DNA of 63,825 bases, the filler included, from Thraustochytrium aureum (lineage: Eukaryota): NCBI GenBank assembly GCA_012862495.1. It is 7 parts of 3 records of this genome, joined end to end, with 100 filler letters (N's around TTAATTAATTAA, not from the genome) between each part and the next. Parts side by side here need not be neighbours in the genome. Positions count along the whole stretch, not along the records: positions 58,495 to 63,825 come from BLSG01000061.1; 6 more parts are not named here. One strand, 5' to 3'. Below, in pieces: positions 60,025 through 63,825 of the stretch (the stretch's first letter is position 1; each line of letters opens with the position of its first letter). Below the pieces are notes generated by a model. It made no database searches. It was not told where the DNA came from and saw nothing but the letters and a program-made list of their open reading frames with translations. Both the position numbers and the translations under genes were made by a program.

Positions 60025-63000
60025 CACTTGCAACAGCAGCAGCAACAAGCTCAAATGCAGCAAAAGGGTCGCGCTGAGGTGGACCCGGTCAAGATTGCGG
60101 AGATCCCAGAGCTGACCGTGATCCNNNNNNNNNNNNNNNNNNNNNNNNNNNNNNNNNNNNNNNNNNNNNNNNNNNNNNNNNNNNNNNNNNNNNNNNNNNN
60201 NNNNNNNNNNNNNNNNNNNNNNNNNNNNNNNNNNNNNNNNNNNNNNNNNNNNNNNNNNNNNNNNNNNNNNNNNNNNNNNNNNNNNNNNNNNNNNNNNNNN
60301 NNNNNNNNNNNNNNNNNNNNNNNNNNNNNNNNNNNNNNNNNNNNNNNNNNNNNNNNNNNNNNNNNNNNNNNNNNNNNNNNNNNNNNNNNNNNNNNNNNTA
60401 AACGCGAACCTGCAGCTGTTCGCACACCACCCAACGCTGCGCCGCATCGTCCCTGTGGCTGTGGACCGCGCGATCCGCGAGATCATCCAGCCCGTGGTCG
60501 AACGCTCTGTGACGATCGCCTGCATCACGTCCCGCGAGATGATCATCAAGGACTTTGCCATGGAGCCAGACGAGAAGAAGATGCGCAAGGCAGCACATCT
60601 CATGGTTTCCAACCTCGCCGGAGCGCTCGCACTTGTCACCTGCAAGGAGCCCTTGCGCACGTCGATTGGAAACCACGTGCGCACGCTGCTCACCCAGGTC
60701 ATTGCGCGGCCCGAGCAGGCTATCCTGGATCAGGTTGCGCAGTCCTGCGCGTCTGAGAACCTCGAGCTGGGCTGCATGCTCATTGAAAAGGCTGCAACAG
60801 AAAAGGCCATGCGCGATATCGACGAGCTGATCGAGTCCTCGCTCACAATGCGGCAAGAGTCTCGCGAGAAGCACGGCACGGCCTTCTTTGACATGTCTGT
60901 GTTCCAGTCGGGCAGCCGCTACCCCGCGGCCTTGCCCGAGCACCTGAAGCCGTCGCCCAACCAGCAGGGCCTGTCGCCGCACCAACTGTTGGTGTACGAG
61001 TCGTTTCAGCGAAGCCAGCGGCAGCCAATTGTGCAGACGAACAGGTCGCCTCACAACGTCCAGCAGCAGCAGCAAGGCGCTTTGGGGCAAGGAGTGGTCG
61101 GCATGAAGGGCCACGCGTCAAGCGGGATCGTGCAGGTCATCGCGCCCAAGTCTCCGGTCAAGAACGGCATTGGTGGGCTGGCGGGCCCAACGCTCACAGC
61201 GAGCCAGGCGAACGAAAAGTGGCGGCTCTGCCTCGGCCAGCTCGACGTGAGCATCCAGGATATCGTGCAGGGGTCGCCCACGGGCAGGCTCACCGTGCTG
61301 TCTCAGCTGCCGCCTGGGCACGAGGTGATGCAGATTCTCCGGGAGATTCGCAATATTGGGACCGCAGTGCAGCCAAGCCAAGTGGAGGACGTTGCCCTCA
61401 TTCTTGTGCAGCACACGTTCAAGCGGCTCTACGACGTGTCAATGGGCGACAAGTTGAACATGGACGTGCGGCTTGCGGTTCTGGTCGTGTTTCGCGACGT
61501 GGCCAAGGACCCGAACGTGTTCAAGAAGACGCTGACCGAGTGGGTTCTCGGCGCTCCTGCAGAGCACCGGTTCAACCGCGCGGTGGTCGTCGGCTTGATC
61601 AAGCACAAGCTTATCAGCGTCGCAGATTTTGACCTGTACCTTGCCAAGCTGCTTGACATGGGTCCCCAGGCCGCCGTGATCTCGTTTGCGATGGATATTG
61701 TGCAAGAGTGCATCCTCGCCAACCGGTTTGTGATGATCACCGAGATGCTGGACACGCTGGACACGCTGCAGAAGATCGCGGTCATGCGCGCAAAGCAGCC
61801 GGGGAGCTCGGATATCCCGGGGCTCCAGCAGCTTTTGGAGAATGTGCGAATGGTTGCCACCTCCGAGCAACAGCAGCTGCAGCCACAATCGCAGCAGCAC
61901 CTGCAACAGCAGCATCTCCAGCAGCAACAACAGCAGCAGCAGCAGCAACTGGTGCCGGGGCTATTTCTCCGTTCAAACGACCCCCCGGGCCTGCGGCAGC
62001 AGGTCGCGCAGCTCCTGCACGGCTGGATCACCATTTGCAACCGGCCAGACGGAGCGGCGCACGAAGCGGTGCACCAGCCCTACTTGAGTCTGCTGCAGCA
62101 GCAGGGCGCTCTCAAGGGCGACGAGAACGCGACGCGCTTCTTCCGGATCACGACCGAGCTCTCGATCGAGTCTTCCTTGACGCAAAACGTAAATTCCTCG
62201 CCGCAGCGCAGCCCAGTTGGGGCCAAAAAGCCCCTCTCCTACATGGCCGTGGACGCCTTCGCCAAGCTGGTCGTGTTGCTCGTCAAGTATGCCGAGGTTC
62301 GCGCCCGCACAGCGTTGCTGACCATGGTGCTCGACGTCGTGTCCGGCGTCCTCTGCCGCGAATTCCTCCTGCGCAAGCAGCGCGGCGTGGAGAGCGGACT
62401 GGATCAGCGGCCCTACTTTCGGCTCTTCCTGAACCTGCAGCAGGATCTCTCCGAGTCGTACGAGGCCGAGGGGGTCGGAGAAGAGCACATGCTCTCCATG
62501 CTCGGAGCATTTGCCGAGGTGTATGAACGGACGCTGCAGCCACGGAGCCTGCCAAACTTTGCTTTCGCCTGGCTGGAGCTCGTCTCCAACAGGAGCTTGA
62601 TGCCCAAGCTCTTGCGGAGCAAGGACGGCAAGGGCTGGCTCATCCTCGAGCGTCTCTTGGTTCACTTGCTCAGCTTTCTGTACCCCTTCCTCAGCGAAGC
62701 GCACCTGTCGCCGTCGGTGAGGCTCCTGTACAAGGGCACGCTCCGCGTCCTTCTCGTGCTCTTGCACGACTTTCCGGAGTTCCTCTGCTCTTTCCACTTT
62801 TCGCTCTGCGACGCGATTCCGGCCACGTGCGTGCAGCTGCGCAACCTCATTCTCTCGGCGTTCCCGCGGTCGATGCAGCTTCCCGACCCCTTCACTCCCG
62901 AATTGAAAATCGAGCTTCTTCCGGAGATCCAGGTCGCGCCGAGCGTCATGTCGCAGTACCAAGGTGCTTTGGCGGACAAAGGCATGCTAGCAGACCTCGA

Positions 63001-63652
63001 CGCCTTCTTGAAGGGGTCGAACGATCGCTTTCTCGTCGACCTCGCCGGGCGCCTGGTCGTTGACGATGTGCAGAGCGGCAAGCGCACGCACGACGTTCGG
63101 CTCATCAATGCTCTGGTCTTCCATGCAGGCATGTACGCGATCGGCGAGCTCAAGGCCAGCGCGGGCAAAAACTTGTTGCAGGTTCTGCAGGAGAACCCGC
63201 AGCTCGCTACGCTGCGTCTGTACAGTCAGCTCATGATGGACACAGATCCGGAGACGCGGTACCTCTGCCTGAATGCGCTGGCCAACCAGCTCCGGTTCCC
63301 CAGTAGCCACACGCACTTTTTCAGCTCGACGCTGCTGTTCCTGTTCCTGGAGGCCAGGAACGATCTTGTGCGGGAGCAGATTACCCGTGTGCTCCTCGAG
63401 CGCCTCATCGTGCACCGTCCGCACCCGTGGGGCTTGCTCGTCACGTTCATCGAGCTCATCAAGAACCAACGCTTCCGCTTCTGGGACTACTCGTTCACGC
63501 AATGCGCGCCAGAGATCCACCGCCTGTTCGAGTCGGTTGCGCGCTCATGTATGAGCGTTGGAGGCTCTGCCTCGTCGTCAGGGGTTGGCCAGGGGCAAGG
63601 TCATCCGGGTGGCGCGCTTCGCGTGGGTGGGCCCCAAGTCGGCGGCGCCTGA
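57395..63652 (+). CDS. CNOT1: CCR4-NOT scaffold subunit NOT1, spanning gaps and a linker; the start is in a gap
   Basis: N-terminal LVEGLTKKGY; CMVHNLLDEYRFLHKYPEKEL; ERSLLKNLGSWLGRLTLAKNKP; VDRAIREIIQPVVERSVTIA; C-terminal LLHDFPEFL, NQLRFPSSHT, RPHPWGLLVTFIELIKN; polyQ inserts. Confidence 0.97.
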
Positions 63653-63825
63653 GGCTAGCTAGAGGTTAGTCACCTCGTACTGGCTAGGCCGACCGAGTGT
63701 TTTCGACAGTGTGAGCCCTGCTCGGTGGTGCTGCAGTCGTCCAACAATGAGAACAAAACAAGTATTGACAATCACACGCGCGGCGTCTTCAGAGTTGAAC
63801 CCCAGGAGCGCAGCGCGTCACTGAA

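Noticed and set aside
59994..61950. PolyQ tracts in NOT1
   Set aside because: Ordinary low-complexity inter-domain linkers

Overview
GC-rich, gene-dense, intron-poor eukaryotic draft scaffold. A stramenopile, plausibly a thraustochytrid, is my inference from composition and gene content and is not verified. The window has many N gaps and six artificial 100-nt N44-TTAATTAATTAA-N44 linkers. Many genes carry single-base frameshifts, often at homopolymers, which look like sequencing errors. Recognisable genes: an SDR lacking the catalytic YxxxK, an acyl-protein thioesterase, a large TPR protein, a WD40 plus multi-TM protein, a 3R-MYB factor, a long-chain acyl-CoA synthetase, V-ATPase subunit e, a CUB-like secreted protein, an EF-hand protein, a transglutaminase-like/LRR protein, a Kelch-cytochrome b561 fusion, a spliced VTC1/DUF202 gene missed by the ORF track, ETHE1, a membrane-anchored JmjC protein, a DCX-like/prolyl-4-hydroxylase/VHL-like protein, a CHD6-9-like remodeller with an embedded PDZ domain, a CEP164-type WW protein, a GT77-like glycosyltransferase and NOT1. 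The best candidate for an undescribed system is the 27-37 kb block. It holds a b561 reductase fusion and three Fe-dioxygenases, one of them a prolyl hydroxylase fused to a possible hydroxyproline-binding domain. Other leads are several structured repeat arrays (39.8-40.2 kb, 49.3-50.0 kb, 29.4-29.5 kb) and (GATC)n tracts upstream of genes. No rRNA, tRNA or true CRISPR array was recognised.
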